Shown one piece after another: positions 36,566-49,478 of a stretch of DNA of 64,000 bases. The position numbers were made by a program, and so were the translations under genes. Each line of letters opens with the position of its first letter. The first letter of the stretch is position 1. The notes under the pieces were generated by a model. It saw nothing but the letters and a program-made list of their open reading frames with translations, searched no databases and was not told the DNA's origin. Source of the DNA: Antedon mediterranea (taxonomy: Eukaryota; Animalia; Echinodermata); assembly GCF_964355755.1 (NCBI RefSeq), contig NC_092670.1, positions 32,104,388-32,168,387 of the forward strand, in the 5' to 3' direction.

Positions 36566-39500
36566 TCACACAAGGATTTGCTGAAGATGAATCAGCCAAT
36601 CAGTCAATGTTGGATTTGGCATTGGTGGCTAAAAACAAAAATAAATAATAATAATGATTAATACTATACTGTTTTGTACACAGGGCAAGAATTTTTAAGG
36701 TTGAAAAGAAGAAGGGGCGGATTCAGGATATTTTAAACGACAAAGCAGTGCACTAACATATAATTAGTAGTACTGTATGTTAAAATTAGATAGCAAAAAA
36801 TAGTCCATGATTTCATTTTAGCTGTCAAAAGGGGAGCAAGCGCACATTGTGCTACACTCTAGATCCACCTCTCACTTGTCCATCTACCACATCCTTTTTC
36901 TCAAAAGCTGTCTACACTATCAAACTTTATGTAACAAAAAAATGTGATACACCGATATATGACCACGATGATGTCATATCACTACCATATCTGGGCACAT
37001 AACACTTTTTTGTCAAACTAGTATGATAGTGTAGACAGAGCAAGTGAACATGCCTAGGTCTAATTCTTGACAGCAGTAGTACTTTGTGCAATTCAAAGTT
37101 GATACAGTACTTACATTACAAATAGTATCCTCAGTGTGACCTGTGACCTTTTCCAGATTGATTTGACCACTTGATGGGTAACCTGGCTTAATCTTAAGCC
37201 TGCAGACAATGTTACCACAACTACCAAACATACAAATTAACACATTCTCATCTTGCAGAAAATCAATGGCAAATCTAGCAAGAAGAACATAATTAACTGT
37301 TAGTTAATTATATTGGGACTATTATAAGACACCTGACTGAGTAGATTCTTGTCATTTGATTGGAAGATTGTGGGTCACATGATATTCAATAACTACCCCT
37401 ATTGAACGTCACTCGTCATTACATCAACAAAAGTGCAATTTCGTTAATGTGAGATCAATTTTGTTATATAAGGCACTGTGAGCAACCATGCGCGACACAA
37501 AGCTAGGCTGTCTGATCAACTTATGCGCCCTAGTCTCTTGTTAAAAGTAGGTGTGTAAAAAACAAACAATGAATGTTTTATATTTGTGCAATAGAACAAA
37601 TAATTTCATGAGTTATGAACTCTTCATCTTTCACTGCATGACATTATTTGTACCATTGCATAAACATCCATCATTTGTATACTGTATATTACTAAGCTGA
37701 TCTTTAGAAGTTTGTATTAGTAGAGAAAATCACAAACACAAAATATTTTACCTTTGTCTGAGACTATTAATCTCCTTAGCCAGTGGTGCGTGTGCTGTGA
37801 ACTGTTTACGGATTTCTTGAATAGCATAACAGACATCATTGGAATCCATGGCTTCTTGGGCTGCATTATTTATGCTGACTTCATCACCAGCAATCTAAAA
37901 ACACAAAATACCAGTAATGTCTACTTAAACTCTGTCTAAACTATGACAAAAAATTGTGATGTGCCCAAATATGGTAGTGATATGATCAAATATGGTAGTG
38001 ATATGACATCATCATGTCCATATAGAGGCTCATCACATTTTTTGTCACATACAGTTTGATAGTGTAGATGTTGCCTTAGTCATAGATATTTCAGCAAATG
38101 GACTAATTAAGGTGTGGATTTAAATTAGTCTAACTAATAAAAAAAGTAGTCACTATGTTGCTGGGAACTGGGCAAGAGCTCATGGATTGTGACAAGACAA
38201 TGTGCACTGCGCTGGTTCAAGTAATTCTAGGTCTATAGGCCAGAAGTTAAAAAGAGATGTAATACAGTTATTATTTGCACTAAGGTCCAGAGATGAAACT
38301 GACCTAGTGCCAGGGTCACCAAACCTATTTCATCCTATCACAATGATTTACCTTTACATCTGAACATTGACGTTGTTTCAAGGGATCTCTACTCAGCTCC
38401 AAAGTAACCATGTCACTACCTTCATTGCTGGAAGCCAGATCAACGCACCATTCATTTTCTGAAAGGTAATTCTCACCGACCCCAAATAATTTGCTGTTAA
38501 GTTTAGTATACGCCTCGAACCATTCTCTATCTTCTTTCATTACAAGTATTTTCTTTTTCTTTTTCTCCACCATAATCTGTAGCTTTTCCAGTCCTATTTT
38601 AATAAGCTGTTGCAGATTCTCTTCATTTTCAGAAATACTTGATGTTAACATTGACATCATTGAGTTACATTTCTGTAGTGCTGCATTTGTTAGTTCTACC
38701 TTTTGTTTCTGTGAAAAAAAAAAGTTGTACAGATTATATCAAAATAATTATGGCTCATTCCATTCCAACTCAACAAATTTTCTGAAAATCATGGCTGGGT
38801 AACCCCTCGGATTTTCTTGAAATTTTCATATAATATGCAACTATATGTCTCAGGAACACAACAAAAAATTTCAGTTGCCAACTCCAAGTCGTTAAAAAGT
38901 TATGGCCATTTATGTTGTCGCAAACAGTTTCGGGAATTTTTACCCCTTATTTAAATATGAAAATACATTTTTAAATTGATTATTTGCTATACAATATCAA
39001 TATATGGTGCTAAATGTATCCATTAAAAAAAAGTCCATCATTTTAAAAATTCATCTTAGGTGTACACTAATACATATTTGCAATTGTTGCTGTGTGAATT
39101 CACTCTAGGGTCACTTTTTAGCACATGTATCTGTAAAACTATTTATTTTGTTACTTCATTGATTGCAAAAATGGATTCAGGATCAAAAGTTTTGCCAGGA
39201 TAACAAGTTGTGATGTTCTAGGGGTTTCGGTTTAAAACTTATGTCCATTTAAATATCGCAATTCTAGCAATATGTGCACTTGAGCCATTTTTGCCTATGT
39301 ATATCTCTTAAAGGGGGGTTCCGGGTTTAAAATGAATAGTAAAAAATGTAAAATATATTTGTTTGTCTCTTGAACGGTAAAAGTTTCAATTTATATAAGC
39401 GTCCAGTGAAACAGAACGAAGGCTGTGAAATGAGGCCAGATTACAAGTGCAGCTACGGCAAAATCACACTGTGGTTACAGAATACGAAATTCATGAAATG

Positions 39501-42500
39501 GTCAATCTTCCGACGACTCGTTATCATTAACCATATCAATTACTTTTGTAAAATTATACTTATCTTATGTAATTTTAGTCGGTCTTCCCATTTATAAAAT
39601 CAATTTTCTATGAAAATCCATCAAAACAGTGAAAAATTAGATAAGTTTGCACTTTACGTTTGCCGATTTTCGCACTGACTTAGGGAAAGCCTTCAAAATC
39701 AATGAAGCGTAACGTATACAATCCTGCACCACCTGCTGAGCGAGGAGAGCGAGACGACGATACACGTGCTCTCTCTGCCCATGCCTGGCATCGTCACGTG
39801 ATAAGCAGATACAGTATACAATACCAAACTGGTCGGGTCGAGTATACCCCGTCTATATCACAACATGAACGATGTACAGTATTTGATTGAAGGTCGACTC
39901 AACCTACCGGAATGGTATAGATAATATAGCTCGAATGAGAGAGTTGGAATATTTGTAAACATAAGTACAGTATTGCTAATTTTAACAAGTGTAGCCTATA
40001 GTAAAAGGCCTGGTAGTATCAATTCGCATAGGGTCTACTACACTAGCTAGCTCAATTTTTAACTGGGCCGGATCGGCTAGGCTAGGCTAGCTAGGTCTCC
40101 TTCCTACTACCGGTCTACTTGCTTGATGCAGTATCCGCTTTTTTGGTGAGTAAACTAACTAGGCCTACTTATTAGCATGGAGTAAAGTTAGACGTGCGGA
40201 CGGCGATCGGACCTTGTTTTGCCTCAATATTTACAGCCGATTTTTGTAGAACGTTTTAGGTTTAGGCCTAGATTGTTTAGGAGTTTGGTTTTGATAGGAT
40301 GGGTTTGGAATCCACTGAGTTTTGTTATTTATGGGCCAATCGTTTAGTAATAGGCTAGCTAGGCCCATGAATGATGGCCCCAATGCAATGTTTTAACGTA
40401 GCCATCGTGGCATGGAATCCCTAGTCAGAAATGGCTCTCACCCCGGCATGAATAAAATGATTTAGGCTAGGCCTAGCCTACTAGTACGTGAAGCCGATAT
40501 ACGATCTGTACTATTAATTCGAGGTATAAAAATAGTATAATTTATGACTCCGTAATCTGTACTAAATTTTGTATTTCATTAAATGTCAAATAAATATATG
40601 CTACTACTGTTATTATTACACTTTAGGCCTAGCTTAGCAAATCTACAAAAAAATGTATTTCACAATGATCGGGTGGTCATCGTTTGACAGAGGAGAGAGA
40701 ACATAACGTACAAGCTTGACGTCGCGAGTTTGGAATCCACTGATGACGTGATTTTGTGAATATCTCATGAATATTAATGAGCTTCCCTAAGCTGCTGAAA
40801 AACAGACTTTCCATGAATTTACCCTAAAATGTATATGAAATTTAATTTTTTTAATTTCTCGTTATTACTTCTTCATTCTGACATGTCTATATTGTTATAA
40901 TGTTTTTTATTTAATAAATAAACGATATTTAAAAGCAATTTTAAACCCAGAATCCCCCTTTAAACTATTCATTTTTTTTACTTTGAATGTTGCAGAAATG
41001 GATTCAGGGCCAAAAATTGTCTAAAATTGAACTCAAAGCTCTAGGAGATAAAATGCTGAAATTATGATCTTCCGAAAATTTACGATAGCACAGTTTTACA
41101 TTGAAAGTGCTACAAATATACACAAAACGCCTTCATTTCATAGTCATATTTGGACATGAAGGAATAAAGACACCAAACTGGTATTTGGAACATAGCTGAA
41201 ACATGCATTGATTAGTTTCAAGTTTGGGAATAATTGCCCACATGGTCAAAGTTCAAAACAAAAAAGTAATGATTTTTTTGTATTTTGTGTCTTTTTGACG
41301 CACAGTGTACCACTAAGATGAATTTTTAAAATGATGAACTTTTTTTTGTATGGATACATTTTTAACACCATATTAAAAATGTATAGGACAAAATAAATTT
41401 AAAAATGTATTTTCATATTTAAATAAGGGGTGAAAATTGCCGAAGCTATTTGCGACAAAATAAATTTGGAGTCTCTAGGGACCAAAATCTCGACAATTAA
41501 TTGAGATACAGCAATTGTTTTTTCATATTTTTAATCATGTGTTGTATTCTTTTTCGCAACAAGAAGACAAATTTCATACTTTACTACTACTTTAGTTTGT
41601 ATGACAAAGATCTGTATCTGTATGACCAAAATTATGTCAGTGTATCAATATTCAATATTTATTGTCATATTATTAGCTTTAATAGTTTTTAAAATATGGC
41701 TAATAAAAAATGCAACTTTACAAAAAAGTAATTTTTTAAGACTAAAAATGCTACAGATGGCCATAACATTTAAACGACTTAATGAAGTTGGCAACTGAAA
41801 TTTTTGGTGTCTTCGTGAGACATATAGTTGCATATTATATGTGAGCTTCAAGGAAATCTGAGGGGGTACACAGCCATTACATTTTTTTAGTTGGCATGGA
41901 ATAACCCTTATAAGAAATTTTTTAATTTAGACCAGGGGAGGATTGCTATAAAACAGTCTTAACTGATGGTCTTAAATCCTTGATTAAAGCTGGCTTTATC
42001 AGATAGACGGTCTTACTAAAGCCACGCCTATTAGACCATTTCTATAAAACAGTCTTAGCTAAGACTGTGTACAGTAACAAATTGAGGGCATACTTTACTC
42101 GTAGAATACCAAATAAGGTAAATTCACAGTAATAACACTAAACAGTACGTACATTTATACGCAAATAAATCTATTCTAGGCCTATATAAAAATAAAATCA
42201 CTATTATTTGATTTAACACTTAAAACTCGTTATTGGTTGTCTTTCACAATCAATAATATGTATGTTATGCGCGATTTGAACGATTTGCGCAATTTAAAAT
42301 TGCGCAAAGAATTCTTGCTAAAAACTAAAAAATTAGTCTTATTAATCGTCATTAGTACTGATATTTGAATTGAAATTATTATATTACTATTGGTATTTAT
42401 TTATGCCTTCTCCTCATATTATGTGTGAATATAGTATTTTATAGAACCATTGGGAATTCGAGATTTTTTTTATTCGGAAAAAAATTTCAGGAGGGAGCCT

Positions 42501-45500
42501 CCCGGGAGGGTAAGGAAATGCGATATAATCTTTAATTTTGAATCATTCTTAGAAATTACTAACAAAATATGGGTGTGCATGATTTCACAATCTGTCGAAA
42601 AACCTTGCGCAATTTGCAGATTGCGCAAATCGTTCAAATCGCGCATAACATGTATAACCAACAAAAAGACAGGTTTAAGACTGTTTTAAGACTCCTTCAA
42701 GTAGGCTTTAATTTTAAAGACCGTTTACAGGTTAGACCGCGGTATAGCAATGGTCTACAATAAAGACTACTTGCTTGCTAAGACTGTTTATAGACAATGT
42801 TCATACCTGCTGTTCTAGAATGTCGGAGAAGTTTTCTTCTTTATTCAATAGCTCTAGTTGACACTTAGCTAGGCATTCTGTGTGTTGTTTGTATAGCTCT
42901 TCATATTTTTGCTTCTGCAACAATATTTAATAATACAAACAATACATATGAAATAATCATACTACACTACAGTATATGTTTTCTGCAGATATCATTTGCT
43001 ACAAGAATAATGAGCCACCTGTATTGCGTTCTGTTTGGCAGTTGACAGTATGTGGAAAGTATTCTTAAAGATTAAATAATATATCCTGTAGAATCCTTCC
43101 TTTGGGAACCCCCTATTCAGAGGACACTTTCCTGTGGAACGAGGGAGGATATATACTGTATGTTAATACTACAGTCAATCCCTATTCAAGGGACACTTTC
43201 CTGTTGAATGAGGGAGGATATATACTGTATGTTAACACTACAGTCAACCCCTATTCAAGGGACACTTTCCTGTTGAATGAGGGAGGATATATACTGTATG
43301 TTAACACTACAGTCAACCCCTATTCAAGGGACACTTTCCTGTTGAATGAGGGAGGATATATACTGTATGTTAACACTACAGTCAACCCCTATTCAAGGGA
43401 CACTTTCATGTTGAACGAGAGAGGATATATTATATGTTAACACTACAGTCAACCCCTATTCAAGGGACACTTTCATGTTGAACGAGAGAGGATATATTAT
43501 ATGTTAACACTACAGCCAACCCCTATTCAGAGGCTCTATTGAGACCTGAAGGTGTCCCTTATTAGAAATTATACCGTACATAATAAATAATATAATAAAC
43601 CCATCCTTTGTTCAACCAATGTGGTACAGGTAGGTTATGCCTCATACATTTAATTAATAAATAAACTAATACATTAATTGCTTTATTACCTTGGATGAAA
43701 CTGATTCTAGTTTTTGCTTCAATGTTGATATTTTATCTTGTAACAAAGAACTCTCTGTAACAATAACATTATGTCAAACAAAATAAATCAATAAAGTGTA
43801 TAAAACTTTTTTTCATTGAAGCTGTGCAAGCTTGTACCATTTTAAAATCATTTAAAAATAAGTAACAGTACTAACATACATTTAATCTTTATACTGATCC
43901 AAAGGCAAATTACTGAAAAAATGACAATGCTGTGGGTATCAGTGGCAGGATCTCAATGGAGATACAAAATGACAATGCTGTGGGTATCAGTGGCAGGATC
44001 TCAATGGAGATACAAAATGACAATGCTGTGGGTATCAGTGGCAGGATCTCAACGGAGATACAAAATGACAATGCTGTGGGTATCAGTGGCAGGATCTCAA
44101 TGGAGATACAAAATGACAATGCTGTGGGTATCAGTGGCTGGATCTCAATGGAGATACAAAATGACAATGCTGTGGGTATCAGTGGCAGGATCTCAAGAGA
44201 TACAAAATGACAATGCTGTGGGTATCAGTGGCAGGATCTCAATGGAGATACAAAATGACAATGCTGTGGGTATCAGTGGCAGGATCTCAATGGAGATACA
44301 AAATGACAATGCTGTGGGTATCAGTGGCAGGATCTCAATGCAGATACAAAATGACAATGCTGTGGGTATCAGTGGCAGGATCTCAATGGAGATACAAAAA
44401 AAAAAGCAAAAAGCTAAATCAAAACGATAAGTAAAACAGCCAGAAAAGTTAGCAGAGCTTTCGGGCAACACTAGCCCTTCATCAGTGCAATCTTTATACT
44501 GTACATAATGTAGTGGAACCCCTTCTGTGGAACACCCCTTTCCTATGAAACCAATGTGAGAAATTATATATTAACAATTTTTTGTTTCATTCTTTTTAGG
44601 CCAAAACTTTAATAGGCTACCATTATCATTATTTTTTTAATGGTAGAATATCGTATTTTTCATTGCCTTTTAACTTAATATTACCTTCTTGGGCTTTTTC
44701 AACAAATTCCTGAATCTCATCTTCTAAGTCGAGTAAGTCATTACTTACTTTCTTCTTCTCTTCATACACCTTTTTGTATTCATCATCTTTTAAAATAATC
44801 AGGCAAGAAATATGTTAATACAACATTTAAAATAATTACTACAATTTAGTTTAATTTGATTTTCCAAACCACCCTAATGACATGATCATTATCTAGCATT
44901 GTCAATCATAAAGGACAGTATTATTATTTTAAAATATATCAAACAACAGCGGATGCTATTTTAAAAATCATATTATTAAAATGAGCATGCCAGGAATTTT
45001 TTTTCATTTTTTGCCTTTATTAACAAACTAGAAGACTAGAAATATTTGTTTTTCCTACCCAACACTAGAAATTACACTGAATTGAGACAGGAGACAACAA
45101 CAAGGCCATATACATGGCTGCAGTCACGTGCTCAAATTTGAATTAGTGTTTACCGACCAACCAACCGACCAACATAGTGAGCTGTGAGTCGCGTTGCACA
45201 CGACTAAAAACAATGAAAAATAGGGAACTTCTGCAATCAAGAGACCTGGGAATTGAGCAAGACACCTGGGAATTGAGCAAGACACCTGGGAATTGAGCAA
45301 GACACCTGGGAATTGAGCTAAAACTGTGAATACTGTACAGTATTACCTTTCGATGAGATTGTTGGCCAGTTTTCTTCATTCACATTCACCAGGTAGTCTA
45401 AAATCTGCAACCTGGTCTGTAATGCTTGAGAGTCTTGTTTCAACTTGCGATATTCTTGCTAAATAAAATTAAAACATTTTTGGGTCACTCAGCTATTTTT

Positions 45501-46973
45501 CAAAATAGTATTACCGGTAATTATTAGGCCTATATACAGTATGTATTACAACAACAAAAAACAAAATTAATTGCATTTACAAAAATACATATGAAATTTA
45601 ATATATTTTATGATACTACTTACTACAGTTAGAGGAAAAATGGCTGTGGTCATGTTACAAGGGAATGTAGGAAGCATATTGTCATTTTCCCCTATACTCA
45701 CTGACTACTGTCTATTCTTTTCTTCAAGGTCCAGTCTTTGGACTATGATTGATAATAAAAGTCTGTACAATACATTACTTTTGTTTTATATTGAACAAAA
45801 TGTTGATATATATTATTATTGTATGTTTGTAGAAATAAATATATTGAAAACTAAACACTATGAATAAATGTCATACGGCAGGTGAATATCTATGTATGTG
45901 ACCACACAAAGTATCTACCATGGGGCGGGGTCCATTGTACCTTAGACAGCGCCAACTTTGCTTTTCTTGTAGTACAATCATTTTTTCCATCGTCTTCACC
46001 ACCAAAATCTGAAAGGATTTTATGCCTTTGAAATCCTTCTTCAACTGATCTAAAATTGATAAAAGTGGTAGAAAAAAAGTAGAATTACAAGCATGATGAA
46101 TGAAGGCTACATACTGTACAGTAGGGAGCCTCTATTAAAGTCTAGGGCCTATATCTATTTATTTATAATATTTAGACCTACCTACCAGTGTGGCCAGCGA
46201 TCAAAATCAAATTATGCTAGATGGCAGCACAAAATTATGCCAGATTATGCCAGACACAATTAAGGCCAAAATAGCACAAAATCAATGTATTAGAGGGCGG
46301 TGTATGGTTATGTTTTATGTACCACAAAGGTCGGAAACCAAAAAAAAAAAAAAAAAGGTCTTCATATTTTTGGCTAAATTATGCCAGATTTTTACCAAAT
46401 TATGCCAGATTTTTTCTACAATATGCCAGATAATATGCCAATTCACTGTAAAAAATGCGTTTTTCAAATTATGCCAGATTTTCTAAGATTATGCCTAGCA
46501 TAAATGCTAGATGCCAGATGGGTCAAAATTATGCCAGACGGCATAATTATGCCAGATTTGGCCACTATGCTACCTACTACTAGCTAGATAGTAAGCCTAC
46601 TATACTAGCCTAGTAACAAGGCCCCGCCCGTAGGACCTAGACTGAACAAGCCCGAATACTAGGACAGGTACTACCTAGGCTAGGCTTACCATGCCTGCCT
46701 ATTTATTGTTGTTTGACTGACTATGCCTAGCCTAGGGCCTAGGCCTAGAGTGAGTGCGTGAGTAGTGAGCCTGCCGGAGTATGTATGAGACTGGTTGGCT
46801 GGGGAGTGTGAGATCATATGCTGCTTAAAAAAAGCTGGACATTTGGATCATAACTTCATTTTCAGTTTAATTACTTAATTCATAGGGCATGAAAAATGAC
46901 ATAACAATCCTTACCCACGAATAATATCGAGTTTTTCATTAGAAACAACTCCTCCGTTTGTTATTTCAGCCAT
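36566..46973 (-). CDS. Coiled-coil + C-terminal RWD-like protein, probable ZWINT (Zwint-1/Kre28/Sos7) orthologue, 425 aa
   Basis: Exons 46915-46973, 45941-46049, 45347-45458, 44685-44786, 43690-43754, 42807-42914, 38352-38708, 37752-37894, 37115-37274, 36566-36628 form one open frame (1278 nt, GT-AG). LQTRLQILDYLVNV resembles human ZWINT LCSQLQVADFLQNI as recalled. The C-terminal RFAIDF...CRLKIKPGYP is RWD-like. Confidence 0.75.
38751..41907. mobile_element. ~3.1-kb diverged long-TIR non-autonomous DNA element
   Basis: 38751-38910 is the inverse of 41757-41907, and 38920-39070 the inverse of 41305-41460; tta flanks. Confidence 0.7.
39312..40959. mobile_element. Kolobok-like element nested in the previous element
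   Basis: ttaa|aggggggttccgggtttaaaat ... attttaaacccagaatccccct|ttaa: TTAA TSD with AG...CT termini. Confidence 0.7.
43108..43530. repeat. 69-bp minisatellite built from a Tc1/mariner-like TIR
   Basis: About 6 units of ta-cagtcaacccctattcaagggacactttcctgttgaatgagggaggatatatactgtatgttaacac. Confidence 0.88.
43897..44488 (-). mobile_element. Penelope-like short retroelement with hammerhead motif and internal 48-bp x10 array
   Basis: 13-bp TSD aatctttatactg (43884-43896 and 44489-44501); 48-bp array at 43918-44397; related single-unit copy at 58057-58190. Confidence 0.72.
44449..44490 (-). ncRNA. Minimal type I hammerhead ribozyme motif
   Basis: uugca CUGAUGA a gggc-uaguguu-gccc GAAA gc UC ugcuaa. 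Confidence 0.7.
46186..46569. mobile_element. hAT-type MITE
   Basis: cagtgtggcca ... tggccactatg, 8-bp TSD ctacctac, many internal aaattatgccaga motifs. Confidence 0.8.
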
Positions 46974-47782
46974 CCCTCTCACAGCAGATAAACAGTTTTT
47001 TACAATTTAAGTTTAGCGCTCTACGCATGCTCAAAGTGTAAAGTCAATAACTGAAACATGGAGCGCGCCATGCATGAGTGTGTGAGCCAAAAGTAAAATT
47101 AAATTATCTAACCGTAATAATAAATATAATTCCTTATTGACATTTTGATTCTTTAGATTTGATTTTAATTTATTGATTACTTATCGAAATTTTAGCTTCA
47201 TTCATCATGTCTTTAACTATTAATAGGCCTATATTATTTATTTGTATTTTTGTCATTAAAACATGAAGCGTGTCATACCATTCAACGTTGACCTTCTTTC
47301 TTGTACGCTTGACTGATTTAACAGACAAAACAGGTCCTATGTTTAGGCCTAAAAAAGAGTAAAGGAAATTCAGATTTTATGATAGAATTGTTACTTCGAT
47401 TTAATTATGTACACGTACAATATAATCTAATTGTCTGTAAGCAATAATTTTATGAATTACAGTGTTAAATTATTTTCACAACTATAATTTTTAGACTAGA
47501 CAAAGGAGGGCCTACCCTATGCCTAGTAGAACTCTAGCTAGCTACTGTAAAAGTGTAGTGTCAGCCCGAAGTTGCGGGTGTTTTGCTGTGAAGTGGTTCC
47601 ACACTTGGTCGGTTCGTCCTTAATGAACTACCGTGTACGTACAGTACTAATATTCATTTACTCCCTTAGCATATCCTTTATCTCCTTGATTTATTTGATT
47701 GACAATGACAGTACCTAGCAAATGCAAATGAATTAACTTTAGTGACTATTTATTTTCAGGTTTTTAACAACTTCCAACAATA

Positions 47783-49478
47783 ATGAAGAAGGGTGATGTG
47801 TCTGGTGTTTCTAGCAAGGCCAGTCGGCCTAATTTTATGCTATTCATAGTAGGAGTTATTTTAGGTTGCTGCATGATGTCCGTCTACACTACATTTTACC
47901 GGAGACAACCTTACTTCGCAAATATAGTAAAATTGAAGACTCAAGCCAATCTGGACCAATTAAATTCACTGGCGCATGTAAATATTTCTGACCCCCATGG
48001 TCATATTGAGGTCAATGATGGAAACAAGGTTGATCCACATGAAAAGTTAAAGTTCAAACAACATAAGGATCTTCACTATAAAGGTGAGAAAAAAACATGT
48101 TTATTTTTTAATAAACAAACATTGCAAAATAAAAACCATTATTTAAATGTGTATGCTGATTTATGTTAATTACAGTATAATTACTTTTTTATTTTCAGAT
48201 GCAAATCAAGTTGCAAAAGAATTATATGACAAAGTTAGAGTTTTGTGCTGGATAATGACCTCTCCTCAGACTTTGGATTTGAAAGCTTCAAATGTAAAAG
48301 AAACATGGGCAAAACGATGCAACGTTGCACTCTTTATAAGTTCAGAAAATAATCCAGACTTTCCCACAGTCAAGATAGAGACCAAAGAGGGACGCGAGTA
48401 TTTATGGCAGAAAACGAGAGGAGCATTTCAATACATTTATGAAAATTATTTGGATAAAGCAGATTGGTTTCTGAAAGGCGACGACGATACTTTTATAATA
48501 GTAGAAAATTTAAGATATTTTCTTTCCGATAAAAACACAAATGAACCATTGTATTACGGTCGTAAATTTAAGCCGTATGTTAAGCAAGGGTACATGAGCG
48601 GTGGGGCGGGGTATGTCTTGAGTAAAGCCGCAGTTAAGAAACTTGTAGAAGTCGCTTTTAAAGATTCGAAAAAATGTCGTCCAGCTACTGCTGTTGGTGG
48701 AGCTGAAGATGTTGACATTGGACGATGTCTTCAAGCAGTTGAAGTTGTTGCTGGCGATTCTAGGGATGAACTGGGTCAGGATCGATTCCATCCCTTTGTT
48801 CCAGAGCACCATCTGATTCCAGGATCTGTCCAGAAAGGTTTCTGGTACTGGAAGTATATTTTCTATCCGTCCACTGAGGTAAATTGTCTTGGGTTTTATA
48901 CGTAAATCTATTTAAGTCTTAAACAAAATTAACTAGCTTGGTGATGTGACTAACAATCTCAATCGTAATTGCTTGCTCTACACCTATCAAATGTGCTTGA
49001 CATGAAACAAATATATTACAGGAATTAAGGAATATATGTGTGACTATACTCAAATGAGGTTTTGCACAGTATAGGAAGATGACGAATTACTGCAGTGACA
49101 CCGACAGTACAATGCTTAACTTGGTTCCCACTATGACGCAACGTAAAAAGCAACACTAGTATTTTGACCAATCAAAAGTGGTGGATGATTATCCAAAATG
49201 TCGCATCATTGCACTTACATACTTGCGCTGTCTTCCATTCCATGAAATAGAACTAATTGTGAATGTAGCTTTACTGTATATTTTTATTAATATAGAATGT
49301 TTTTTTTTTTTTTTAGGGCCTTGATTGCTGCTCAGACAACAGTATATCATTCCATTATATCAGTCCACAGAGTATGTACTTAATGGAATACCTAGTGTAT
49401 CATATGAAACCGTTTGGTGTTGGTTACTACACGTGTAAGCACCAAAAAGCAGATTTAACCAAATCTAAGAACATTTAG
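47783..49478 (+). CDS. C1GALT1: Core 1 beta-1,3-galactosyltransferase (T-synthase), 380 aa
   Basis: Exons 47783-48083, 48199-48878, 49317-49478. Type II TM; motifs VRVLCWIMT, TWAKRCN, DWFLKGDDDTF, GYMSGGAGYVLS, EDVDIGRC, CCSDNSISFHY. Confidence 0.95.

Noticed and set aside
43910-44471. Repetitive ORFs in several frames
   Set aside because: Products of a 48-bp (multiple of 3) tandem repeat in an intron.
45702-45742. AG/GT-bounded 41-nt candidate exon in the ZWINT-like gene
   Set aside because: Inclusion shifts the frame and gives a stop in the next exon. The flanking exons already join in frame, though a poison exon cannot be excluded.
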